Assembly: GCA_964292695.1 (NCBI GenBank)
Contig: CAXYWB010000002.1
Location: 2,454 to 66,453, forward strand
DNA length: 64,000 bases
Direction: 5' to 3'
DNA from: an uncultured Paludibacteraceae bacterium
GTDB lineage: Bacteria > Bacteroidota > Bacteroidia > Bacteroidales > Paludibacteraceae
The translations under genes and the position numbers were made by a program. Positions 56,376 to 64,000 of this stretch are shown here, piece by piece. The number at the start of each line of letters is the position of its first letter. The first letter of the stretch is position 1. The notes beneath the pieces are model-generated. The model worked only from the letters and a program-made list of their open reading frames with translations, ran no database searches and was not told where the DNA came from.

Positions 56376-57017
56376 CTATTTTCGGCCAAAATCTGCGGGA
56401 ATTTCACCCCATTTATCGGTGTCCCATTTTAGAACAGGATTGGAGAATGTGTTTTCCTGAAGCCACTTTTCGGCACGCTGAATAAGGTTGAAAATTGACC
56501 TGTTTTTTTCAGTTGGCTCCAATCGGGTACGTGTTTTTCGGTTTTTCACCCATTTAATAGCCGTCTGACTGTCGGAATAAATAGTCAATTTCGGATTATT
56601 TTTATAAAACAAAGCAATGGCATGCACAATAGCCAGAAATTCACCCACATTGTTGGTGCCCTGCTCCAGTGGTCCGAGATGAAAAATCTGGTAACCGGTT
56701 CGCACATCCACACCCTGATATTCCATCATTCCGGGATTCCCGCTGCAGGCAGCATCCACGGCTATGCTGTCCATTACAGGTTGCTCAGAAGGCGATAATT
56801 TTTTATAATCGGGAGTTATTTTTTTTTCGGCAGCATTTCTGCCTATGTGATGATACCACGGAGATACAAATGCAGACACGGCTTCCTGCTGCGTATCAAA
56901 CGATTTATATTTGGCATTTTCAAATCCCTTTATCTGGTTCTCACACTCTTTCCAGGTTTCGTAAACACCCGGCTCCTTCCCTTTCCAAACTGTGTAATAT
57001 TTTTGTTTCTTAGCCAT
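56376..57017 (-). CDS. rnhA: ribonuclease HI with an N-terminal hybrid-binding (viroplasmin-like) domain
   Basis: The N-terminus reads YYTVWKGKEPGVYETWKECENQIKGFENAKYKSF. The RNase H core carries DAACSGNPG..EY, NNVGEFLAIVHA and IYSDSQTAIKW. Confidence 0.85.
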   Translation of the reverse strand: MAKKQKYYTVWKGKEPGVYETWKECENQIKGFENAKYKSFDTQQEAVSAFVSPWYHHIGRNAAEKKITPDYKKLSPSEQPVMDSIAVDAACSGNPGMMEYQGVDVRTGYQIFHLGPLEQGTNNVGEFLAIVHAIALFYKNNPKLTIYSDSQTAIKWVKNRKTRTRLEPTEKNRSIFNLIQRAEKWLQENTFSNPVLKWDTDKWGEIPADFGRK

Positions 57018-57067
57018 TTATTTGTGATTCTGATTAGCGTGTGTTTTTATTATCCGACAAAAAAATG

Positions 57068-57075
57068 TAATTTTG
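57068..57075 (+). promoter_or_regulatory. -7 box TAATTTTG
   Basis: It lies 12 nt upstream of the tRNA-Arg(CCT) 5' end. Confidence 0.5.
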
Positions 57076-57087
57076 CAAACGATTTTT

Positions 57088-57159
57088 GGTCCTGTAGTTC
57101 AATGGATAGAACGGAAGTTTCCTAAACTTTAAATTCGGGTTCGATTCCCGGCGGGACTA
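57088..57159 (+). tRNA. tRNA-Arg (anticodon CCT), CCA not encoded
   Basis: Manual cloverleaf: acceptor GGTCCTG/CGGGACT (2 G-U pairs), D arm GTTC-AATGGATA-GAAC, anticodon arm GAAGT-TTCCTAA-ACTTT, 4-nt variable loop, T arm TCGGG-TTCGATT-CCCGG, discriminator A. Confidence 0.8.
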
Positions 57160-57256
57160 CTAAACCAAACGTATCTGCTTTATTATTAGTTGTTTAATAC
57201 TTTTGGCTTTATCGATTTGCACCACATTTGCACAACACGCAAGATATTTTCCCATA

Positions 57257-57430
57257 TCATTTTTTGTAACCGGGTTCATCATTCAACGAGTCAAAAAAAC
57301 CGCCAATTAAGATAGCTATTACATCAGCATCGTCTTCAACTCGTTGTCCAGAAACCTGATAGAATATTTCTTTAATTTTTTGTAAGGCATCAAATAGCTC
57401 CAAAGGAACTTCGATAGTGGTTTTTTCCAT
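57257..57430 (-). CDS. possible small ribbon-helix-helix-like protein (57 aa), below the ORF-track cutoff
   Basis: Hand translation gives MEKTTIEVPLELFDALQKIKEIFYQVSGQRVEDDADVIAILIGGFFDSLNDEPGYKK. The N-terminal strand-helix pattern (TIEVPxELxxxL) resembles CopG/RHH antitoxins. I found no promoter box and no partner gene. Confidence 0.3.
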   Translation of the reverse strand: MEKTTIEVPLELFDALQKIKEIFYQVSGQRVEDDADVIAILIGGFFDSLNDEPGYKK

Positions 57431-57670
57431 GTGATTATGATTTAAGGATTATATAATATTAACAGCAAGTAAACAGTTTTTATTGATCTATTTATAACCG
57501 GTCATTTCCCATCACACTTATCTTCAGCTATTCAGATACTCCAGAGCTAGTTTTGCGGTTTCGGCTGTAAGCCCGAATTCCGGATCGGTCTGAACGAAAA
57601 CTTGATCAGGGAGCATATCAAAATCATCATCGAGTATACAATACGAAATGCAATTAGTACATAAAACAAA

Positions 57671-57698
57671 AACCGACGGATTATAATTTTTGTCGGTT
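57671..57698 (-). terminator. intrinsic terminator after lolD
   Basis: On the minus strand, AACCGAC-14 nt-GTCGGTT is followed by TTTTGTTTT, 10 nt after the lolD stop. Confidence 0.6.
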
Positions 57699-57708
57699 AG
57701 AAGTATTT

Positions 57709-58359
57709 TTATATTATCCTTCCATCTTTCATTTCTATAGTCCGGTCACAAATTTTGGCTAGTTCACGGTCGTGAGTAACGATTACTTCGGTCAGACCAA
57801 ATTTATCCCTCAGGTCAAACAGCAATTTGTGTAATTCTTCTTTGTTCTGGGTATCCAGACTTCCGGAAGGCTCGTCTGCAAGTATCAGCGAAGGATTGTT
57901 TATCAGTGCACGTGCTACGGCTATCCGCTGCTTTTCTCCACCCGAAAGTTCAGAAGGCTTATGCTCCAGCCTATCGGTCAACTGCAGATAATCCAGCAAT
58001 TCTTTTGCTCTTTGATTTGCCTTTTTGAAATCGGTACCTCCGATAAGGGCAGGAATAATAACATTTTCAAGGGCAGTAAATTCAGGAAGTAACTGATGAA
58101 ACTGGAAGATAAAACCGATATGTTTGTTTCTGAAACCAGACATTTGATCTGAACTGAGTTTGCTGACATCCATGCCGTCAACCAGTACGCTGCCCGAATC
58201 AGGTTTATCCAGTGTGCCTAATATTTGTAGCAAAGTGGTTTTTCCGGCTCCGCTCGGACCCACTATTGATACTATTTCGCCCCGGCTTACAGCCAAATCC
58301 ACCCCTTTGAGCACTTCCAGTTCACCGAAACTTTTGTGTATGTTTTTTGCATTTATCAT
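57709..58359 (-). CDS. lolD: ABC transporter ATP-binding protein (LolD/MacB-type)
   Basis: Walker [11 protein letters not shown], signature [15 protein letters not shown], Walker [13 protein letters not shown], in a 216-aa ORF. Confidence 0.8.
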   Translation of the reverse strand: MINAKNIHKSFGELEVLKGVDLAVSRGEIVSIVGPSGAGKTTLLQILGTLDKPDSGSVLVDGMDVSKLSSDQMSGFRNKHIGFIFQFHQLLPEFTALENVIIPALIGGTDFKKANQRAKELLDYLQLTDRLEHKPSELSGGEKQRIAVARALINNPSLILADEPSGSLDTQNKEELHKLLFDLRDKFGLTEVIVTHDRELAKICDRTIEMKDGRII

Positions 58360-58383
58360 TTAATGTACTTCGTTTATTTATTG

Positions 58384-58391
58384 CAAAGTTA
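58384..58391 (-). promoter_or_regulatory. -7 box TAACTTTG (minus strand)
   Basis: The plus strand reads CAAAGTTA, 25 nt upstream of the lolD start at 58359. Confidence 0.5.
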
Positions 58392-58435
58392 GCCGTTTCT
58401 GGTAATTATCATGCAAAATCAGAAAGAAAAAATTG

Positions 58436-58443
58436 TAACTTTG
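58436..58443 (+). promoter_or_regulatory. -7 box TAACTTTG
   Basis: It lies 29 nt upstream of the GTG at 58473. Confidence 0.5.
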
Positions 58444-58472
58444 CAACTTAATAACGATAAAAGAATTTACCC

Positions 58473-59174
58473 GTGATTCATGACAAAGAACTAGGACTGA
58501 TAACATTCAAGCAAAGTCTCAGGGCAAAACGAATGAGCGTTCGGATATTGAGCAATTCGCTGCAAGTAAGCTTACCAAGGGGTTACAAAGAAAAAGACGG
58601 GTTGAAATTTATTGATGAAATCCGCGAGAAATTATTACAACGACAAAAAAACGTAAGCGAAAATTCAATAATACTTACCGAAGGAAAAACGCTGACAACA
58701 TTAACTTTTGATGTTCATATACAAAAATCCACAAGAAATACCATTTTTGCCTCGTTGAAATCGGGCATTTTAAACATTGAATATCCTCAGGAATTGAAAC
58801 TGGAAGCGAGTCAGACTCAAACATATTGCTGGAAAGCTATCAGTTATTTTCTGCGCAAGGAGGCCAAAATAACTCTTCCAAAACGAACTCAGATTTTAGC
58901 CGAGCATCATGGATTTTCATTTACAGACGTAAAAATCCAGTCGTCGAAAACCCGCTGGGGAAGTTGCAACCGGAAAAAGAATATCAATCTTTCATTCTAT
59001 CTGATGCTTTTGCCTGAATACCTCGCGGATTATGTTATTTTACACGAACTTTGTCATACCCGCGAAATGAACCACAGCTCCCGATTCTGGGAATGGTTGG
59101 ACCATGTAACCGACGGAAAAGCCAAAACGTTGAGAAATGAGTTGAAAAAATACAATATCCCTAAATTTGGTTAA
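58473..59174 (+). CDS. YgjP-like (DUF45 / M48-related) metal-dependent hydrolase
   Basis: TRWGSCNRKKNINLSFYLMLLPEYLADYVILHELCHTREMNHSSRFW (HExxH). The start is a GTG. Confidence 0.8.
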   Translation: MIHDKELGLITFKQSLRAKRMSVRILSNSLQVSLPRGYKEKDGLKFIDEIREKLLQRQKNVSENSIILTEGKTLTTLTFDVHIQKSTRNTIFASLKSGILNIEYPQELKLEASQTQTYCWKAISYFLRKEAKITLPKRTQILAEHHGFSFTDVKIQSSKTRWGSCNRKKNINLSFYLMLLPEYLADYVILHELCHTREMNHSSRFWEWLDHVTDGKAKTLRNELKKYNIPKFG

Positions 59175-59258
59175 TTCGTCATTTCGTTCATTCGTTGGAT
59201 AGAGTAGTCCAAATTATTAATTATCAGTCAGTAAATTCGTAATAAATCGAAATAATTT

Positions 59259-60152
59259 GTGAAAATTCGCAATCTAAAATCCTACATGATGCCTATCGCC
59301 ATGCTGCTGGGTGTTGGACTATACCCGCTCTTCAGCAAACTGGCATTTATCACTCCCTGGTTGATATTCATCATGCTTTTTATTACCTATACCAAACTTG
59401 ATTTTAAGAAAATCAGGCTTGTAAAGATGCATCTCTGGCTCATTTTGTTTCAAATAATCGGAAGTATTGCAGTTTATCTGCTGTTACACCCTGTGAATGA
59501 AATACTGGCACAGGGAATCATGATTTGCATTCTTGTTCCTACGGCCACATCAGCTCCGGTAATCACCCACATGCTCAAAGGAAATGTAGAGAATCTGACC
59601 GCTTATATGCTCTTGAGCAATCTGGTGATGATAATCCTGGCACCGTTGTTGTTTTCATATGCGAATAGCAGGCAAAATATCAATTTTCTTTCCTCATTCT
59701 TAACCATTTCTGAACATATTGTATTACTTTTACTTGGTCCGCTGATGCTCGCCCTTATTCTGAAACAATTTTTGCCGCGGTTAAGCAATAAAATTGGTTC
59801 AGTTTCCGGACTTTCTTTTTACATCTGGACTGTTGCTCTGATTATTGTAACCGCCAGAACTGCAGCCTTTATTGTAATGCAGGGTAAAGAAAGTTTTCTG
59901 ACAGAAATACTGCTTGCAGTCGGTACATTGGTCGTTTGCCTCATACAATTCTTCACCGGAAAATTCATTGGCAGAGCTTATGGCGAAACCATAGCCGGCG
60001 GGCAAAGTCTGGGGCAAAAGAATACGGTTCTGGCTATCTGGATGGCACAAACGTACCTAATTCCTCTTTCTTCCGTGGGGCCGGGTGCATACGTCATCTG
60101 GCAAAATATATTCAATTCGCTTCAGGTGTGGAGAAAAAGAAAACAAATATAA
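59259..60152 (+). CDS. polytopic membrane transporter (bile acid:Na+ symporter-like fold)
   Basis: 297-aa ORF with 8-10 TM helices and a GTG start. The family assignment is by general resemblance only. Confidence 0.5.
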   Translation: MKIRNLKSYMMPIAMLLGVGLYPLFSKLAFITPWLIFIMLFITYTKLDFKKIRLVKMHLWLILFQIIGSIAVYLLLHPVNEILAQGIMICILVPTATSAPVITHMLKGNVENLTAYMLLSNLVMIILAPLLFSYANSRQNINFLSSFLTISEHIVLLLLGPLMLALILKQFLPRLSNKIGSVSGLSFYIWTVALIIVTARTAAFIVMQGKESFLTEILLAVGTLVVCLIQFFTGKFIGRAYGETIAGGQSLGQKNTVLAIWMAQTYLIPLSSVGPGAYVIWQNIFNSLQVWRKRKQI

Positions 60153-60212
60153 AACCCGAAATGAAATTTTAACCGAAAGAAGTTTGTGCTTTAACCTATA
60201 AAATAAATTACT

Positions 60213-60509
60213 ATGGATGATGTAACAGTAAAAATAATTGAAAATGATAAGCGGGGAGAATTAAATCTCTTTGTAAATGGTGAATATTCCGGTGAAATGA
60301 CCTTTATTTTCAAAGAAAAAAACGTAATCAGCGTTAATCATACGGGAGTGGATAAAGACCTCAAAGGGAAAGGTTACGGTAAATACCTGATGGAAGAAAT
60401 GGTGAAATTTGCCCGTGAAAAAGACCTGAAAATTATCCCGGTTTGCCCTTATGTTGTGAAAATGATTGATCGTACCCCCGAATACCAGGACCTGTTATTT
60501 AAAAAATGA
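60213..60509 (+). CDS. small GNAT-fold N-acetyltransferase (YjdJ-like)
   Basis: 98-aa ORF with the C-terminal half GKGYGKYLMEEMVKFAREKDLKIIPVCPYV, typical of the YjdJ-type GNAT domain. Confidence 0.7.
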   Translation: MDDVTVKIIENDKRGELNLFVNGEYSGEMTFIFKEKNVISVNHTGVDKDLKGKGYGKYLMEEMVKFAREKDLKIIPVCPYVVKMIDRTPEYQDLLFKK

Positions 60510-61822
60510 ACTGGCAGCAGCTTCTCTCACCCATGCGGCTGGGTATGGAAAATTTCCATGATCGTGACCGCGACAATCGTAATCAGTTTCAGCGGGATTA
60601 TGACCGCCTGATTTTTTCTGCACCTTTCAGGCGGCTTCAGAACAAAACGCAGGTTTTTCCTTTACCCGGAAGTATATTCGTTCACAACCGGCTCACGCAT
60701 AGTCTGGAAGTGGCCAGCGTAGGACGATCGCTCGGGATGAATGTAGCGCAGGCTCACCGCAATGAAAACCTGAATTACCTCGATGAAATCGGAGCAATCG
60801 TATCAGCAGCATGCCTGGCACATGACCTTGGAAATCCGCCTTTCGGACATTCAGGCGAAGAAGCCATTGCAACTTATTTTTCAGAAGGAGAAGGGTTATT
60901 TCTTAAAAACAAACTGATTGAAACAGAATGGTGTGACTTCATCCGCTTTGATGGTAATGCCAATGCTTTCAGATTGCTTACCCACCAGTTCAATGGTCGA
61001 AGAAAAGGCGGTTTTGTGCTTACTTACAGCACTTTGGCTGCAATTATTAAGTATCCGTATTCATCGCTGTATGCGGATGAAAAGAAGCAAAAATTCGGTT
61101 TCTTTGAATCGGAACGGAGCGATTATGAAAAAATAGCCGACGAACTCGGCATTATGCGCCAGAAAAAAAATCCTGACCGCTTCGTGCGGCATCCGCTGGT
61201 ATATCTGGTTGAAGCTGCGGACGATATTTGTTATCAGGTGATGGATATAGAGGATGCGCACAAACTGAAAATTCTTACTACGGATGAAACAAAAGATTTG
61301 TATTACCGCTTTTTTGACGAAAAAAGGCTGACTAAAATTAAAGAAAACCTCCTGATAGTAAGCGATGTGAATGAACAGATTGCTTATCTTCGCTCTTCGG
61401 TTATCGGTCAGCTGGTGGAGGAATGCACCCAGGCTTTTTTGAAAAATGAAGAAAAGATTATGGATGGAAATTTTGAAGGTTCATTGATAAAAAACTTATC
61501 CATTCAAACTTCGGATGCCTACAAACACTGTTCGGATATTGCATTGAGCAAGATCTACAAATCACAAGAAGTTTTGGACATAGAATTAGCAGGCTACCAT
61601 ATTATTTACAAATTGATGGAATTGCTTGTAAATGCTGTTTTAAATCCTGAAAAGACCTATTCCAGACAATTACTCAACCGAATTCCGGAACAGTATGACA
61701 CGAAAAGCCCGACAATTTACGGAAAAGTGCAGGCAGTGTTGGATTACATTTCAGGTATGACAGACGTGTATGCTCTGGATTTGTACAAAAAAATAACTGG
61801 AATCAGTATTTCCAGCATTTAA
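60506..61822 (+). CDS. dgt: dGTP triphosphohydrolase-like HD-domain protein
   Basis: FQRDYDRLIFSAPFRRLQNKTQVF, NRLTHSLEV, and AACLAHDLGNPPFGHSGE. It overlaps the GNAT gene by 4 nt. Confidence 0.85.
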   Translation: MNWQQLLSPMRLGMENFHDRDRDNRNQFQRDYDRLIFSAPFRRLQNKTQVFPLPGSIFVHNRLTHSLEVASVGRSLGMNVAQAHRNENLNYLDEIGAIVSAACLAHDLGNPPFGHSGEEAIATYFSEGEGLFLKNKLIETEWCDFIRFDGNANAFRLLTHQFNGRRKGGFVLTYSTLAAIIKYPYSSLYADEKKQKFGFFESERSDYEKIADELGIMRQKKNPDRFVRHPLVYLVEAADDICYQVMDIEDAHKLKILTTDETKDLYYRFFDEKRLTKIKENLLIVSDVNEQIAYLRSSVIGQLVEECTQAFLKNEEKIMDGNFEGSLIKNLSIQTSDAYKHCSDIALSKIYKSQEVLDIELAGYHIIYKLMELLVNAVLNPEKTYSRQLLNRIPEQYDTKSPTIYGKVQAVLDYISGMTDVYALDLYKKITGISISSI

Positions 61823-61823
61823 T

Positions 61824-63302
61824 CTATCGCTGTACTCCCCGCTGAAGCCTGGCTGCATCCAGCCGTAGCAGAATAAAGAGCATCACAGTGAAACTCCATA
61901 GCGAAGAACCGCCATAGCTTAGAAAAGGTAACGGGATGCCGATAACCGGCATCAATCCGAGCACCATCCCTACATTGATAGTGAGGTGGAAAAAGAAAAT
62001 ACTGGCCACAGAATAGGCGTAAACACGATTGAATACTTCGGTTTGTCTTTCGGCAATACCGGCTATGCGTAGCAGCAGCCAAAGATAAATAATTAAAAAA
62101 ACACTGGAGCCCACAAAACCCCATTCTTCGCCAACCGTACAAAAAATAAAGTCGGTATCCTGCTCCGGAACATACTTAAGTTTGGTTTGAGTACCATTCA
62201 GATACCCTTTTCCAAACATTCCTCCCGAGCCAATGGCAATTTTAGACTGGTTCACATTGTAACCGGCCCCCCGCAAATCTTCTTCCATATTGAGCAGCAC
62301 TTTAATACGAATCTGCTGATGAGGCTCCAACACATCATAAAATAAATAGTCGGCTGAAAAACAAAAAAGTGTAGCACCAAGCGAAATCCATACAATCAGC
62401 AAATATTGTTTCATCCGCCTGAATTGTGAAATAACGAACCAGTAAACACATGATAGCAATACAACGGCAATTGCCACATAATCATAATTGACAGGTAACC
62501 AAAAATTCAGGATAAAAGCAATCAGCGCTATCCCTATAGCTCCGGCCAGCAACAACAATGCTTCTTTTCTATGCTTGTTGAAGAAGAAAGCATAGCTGAA
62601 CTGTACTAAAATGACCATAGCCATAGCCAATACCATTCCAAGTGTACCACTATCCGTTTGAATTGGTATTTCGCTGAATCCGATAGCTGCTACGAATAAG
62701 GCTACTGCAAAAACACCCAGCAAAAGTACAAGTCCGGACATTCCTTCGCGGTAAAATACAAGCAGAAATGCCAGGAATACGAGTGCACTTCCGGTTTCTT
62801 TCTGCAATATGATTAGTGCAAACGGGATAAATATGATGACAGCCAGTGGAATCAGATCTTTCCAGCCTTTCAATTTGTAGTTGTAGGCACTCATAAACTT
62901 TGCCAATGCAAGCGCTGTGGCTGTTTTGGCAAGCTCTGCCGGCTGAAAGCTTACAGGTCCAAACACCAGCCACGAACGGGAGCCTTTCACATCTGTGGCC
63001 ACAAAAATTGTAATTATGAGCAGAAACATGACAACGATGTAAATCAGATTGGCAAAATAGCTGTACATTCTGGAATCGAGCAAAAGAAGGACGCCAGCCA
63101 AAACGAATGCTGTAAGTATCCACACAAACTGTTTGCCGGCACGCTGGCTGAAATCAAAAATGCTGGCCTGATCGAAATCATAGCTTGCACCGTAGATGTT
63201 CAGCCATCCGAATACGACCAGAAACAGGTAAATGAATACCGTAGTCCAGTCAAGCGCATATTTAATACTAATATTCCTTGACGTTGACATTTGTTTTAAC
63301 AT
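61824..63302 (-). CDS. rodA: rod shape-determining protein RodA (SEDS family)
   Basis: Polytopic FtsW/RodA/SpoVE motifs: QPAELAK, PEQDTDFIF, and GLMPVIGIPLPFLSYGGSS. It lies directly downstream of the PBP2 gene. Confidence 0.9.
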   Translation of the reverse strand: MLKQMSTSRNISIKYALDWTTVFIYLFLVVFGWLNIYGASYDFDQASIFDFSQRAGKQFVWILTAFVLAGVLLLLDSRMYSYFANLIYIVVMFLLIITIFVATDVKGSRSWLVFGPVSFQPAELAKTATALALAKFMSAYNYKLKGWKDLIPLAVIIFIPFALIILQKETGSALVFLAFLLVFYREGMSGLVLLLGVFAVALFVAAIGFSEIPIQTDSGTLGMVLAMAMVILVQFSYAFFFNKHRKEALLLLAGAIGIALIAFILNFWLPVNYDYVAIAVVLLSCVYWFVISQFRRMKQYLLIVWISLGATLFCFSADYLFYDVLEPHQQIRIKVLLNMEEDLRGAGYNVNQSKIAIGSGGMFGKGYLNGTQTKLKYVPEQDTDFIFCTVGEEWGFVGSSVFLIIYLWLLLRIAGIAERQTEVFNRVYAYSVASIFFFHLTINVGMVLGLMPVIGIPLPFLSYGGSSLWSFTVMLFILLRLDAARLQRGVQR

Positions 63303-64000
63303 TCATTGTTTTATTCATCAAGTCAGTACGAACCACTTTGCCCGTAAGGTATTGCTCTACCATCAGACTAGCTATGGGAGCAGCAAATGTAGAACCGAAT
63401 CCGGCATTTTCCACCACCACAGCTATTGCAATTTTAGGATTTTCGCGCGGTGCATAACCTACATAAAAGGCATGATCTTTCCCTCTGTTATTTTGTACGG
63501 TTCCGGTTTTTCCACACCAGTTTATTCCCGGAACTTTGTAGCTCCTGGCTGTTCCAAATTCATTCACCCGCCACATACCTTCATCTACCACACTGAAATA
63601 TTTAGGATCAACTCCTACATCGTGCTTGTGAGTAAGCATTGAATCTGCTCTGTTGAGATGGGGAGTGATAAAGAAACCTTTGTTGGCAATTACTGCCGTT
63701 CCGTTAGCAAGCTGCAGTGGCGTGACCAATACCTCGCCCTGTCCTATTGAGAGCGAACGAATGGTGAGCGCCCTCCATCCGGTTTTACTTTTATATACCT
63801 TATCAAAATAATTATCGGATGGAATGTTGCCACGGCTTTGCTGGTAAATATCCGAATCCTCAAATTTTTGACCGAAACCGAATTTCATAATATTGGTTCT
63901 CCATTCATCGTAATTTTTTCGGAAGTTAACATTCTTATCTCCATACCCACCTTTAACCAGTGTGGCCTCAAAAGTATGCCAGAAATAGGGATTACAACTT
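63268..64000 (-). CDS. mrdA: penicillin-binding protein 2 (transpeptidase), C-terminal part; the N-terminus lies outside the window
   Basis: SIGQGEVLVTPLQLA and GKTGTVQ (KTG) motifs. The reading frame stays open upstream of the track's Met (63888) to position 64000. It overlaps rodA by 35 nt. Confidence 0.85.
   Translation of the reverse strand, partial: SCNPYFWHTFEATLVKGGYGDKNVNFRKNYDEWRTNIMKFGFGQKFEDSDIYQQSRGNIPSDNYFDKVYKSKTGWRALTIRSLSIGQGEVLVTPLQLANGTAVIANKGFFITPHLNRADSMLTHKHDVGVDPKYFSVVDEGMWRVNEFGTARSYKVPGINWCGKTGTVQNNRGKDHAFYVGYAPRENPKIAIAVVVENAGFGSTFAAPIASLMVEQYLTGKVVRTDLMNKTMNVKTNVNVKEY

Noticed and set aside
1-64000. I searched for CRISPR arrays, transposases or IS elements, phage genes, restriction-modification systems and other defence systems.
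   Set aside because: No regularly spaced direct repeats were found, and no ORF carries transposase, integrase (other than XerD), Cas, methyltransferase-nuclease or other defence-type motifs that I could recognise. The window looks like core genome.

Overview
This 64-kb window looks like an ordinary chromosomal core region of a Bacteroidota genome (Bacteroidia; Bacteroidales or Marinilabiliales-like). The evidence is roughly 40% GC by eye, mRNAs that mostly lack Shine-Dalgarno sequences, abundant TAnnTTTG -7 promoter boxes, and gene families typical of the phylum (DUF4271-hemD-rnpA-yidD, DUF5686, a TamL-like Omp85 protein, DUF5020). I call about 60 protein genes. They cover fermentative and energy metabolism (pta, ackA, a large acyl-CoA dehydrogenase with etfBA), galK-galM, proB and proC, copA-copZ, topA, rnr, ruvB, xerD, dtd, pssA, rnhA, lolD, dgt, rodA and mrdA, plus two tRNA-Arg genes (ACG and CCT). 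I found no transposase, phage gene, CRISPR array or recognisable defence or toxin system, so I do not claim a new multi-gene system here. The observations most worth a second look are these. (1) A candidate class-I preQ1 riboswitch sits directly against the start codon of the YhhQ-type queuosine-precursor transporter. (2) prfB carries the classical programmed +1 frameshift, which the ORF track splits. (3) A small family of GC-rich C-run/G-run hairpin boxes, each followed by a GGAG-like purine box, lies 4-18 nt upstream of the ATG of four downstream genes in tandem pairs (hbd-like, galM, prfB, ruvB). Three of these spacers also carry a partner box just after the upstream stop codon. (4) A hemerythrin/RIC-like protein is translationally coupled to a LuxR regulator whose receiver domain lacks the phospho-acceptor Asp, next to an OprB-like porin. 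(5) The copA leader is long and contains two terminator-like hairpins. (6) A divergent 3-hydroxyacyl-CoA-dehydrogenase paralogue is inserted between pta and ackA. All product calls rest on motif recognition by eye, and none has been checked against a database.
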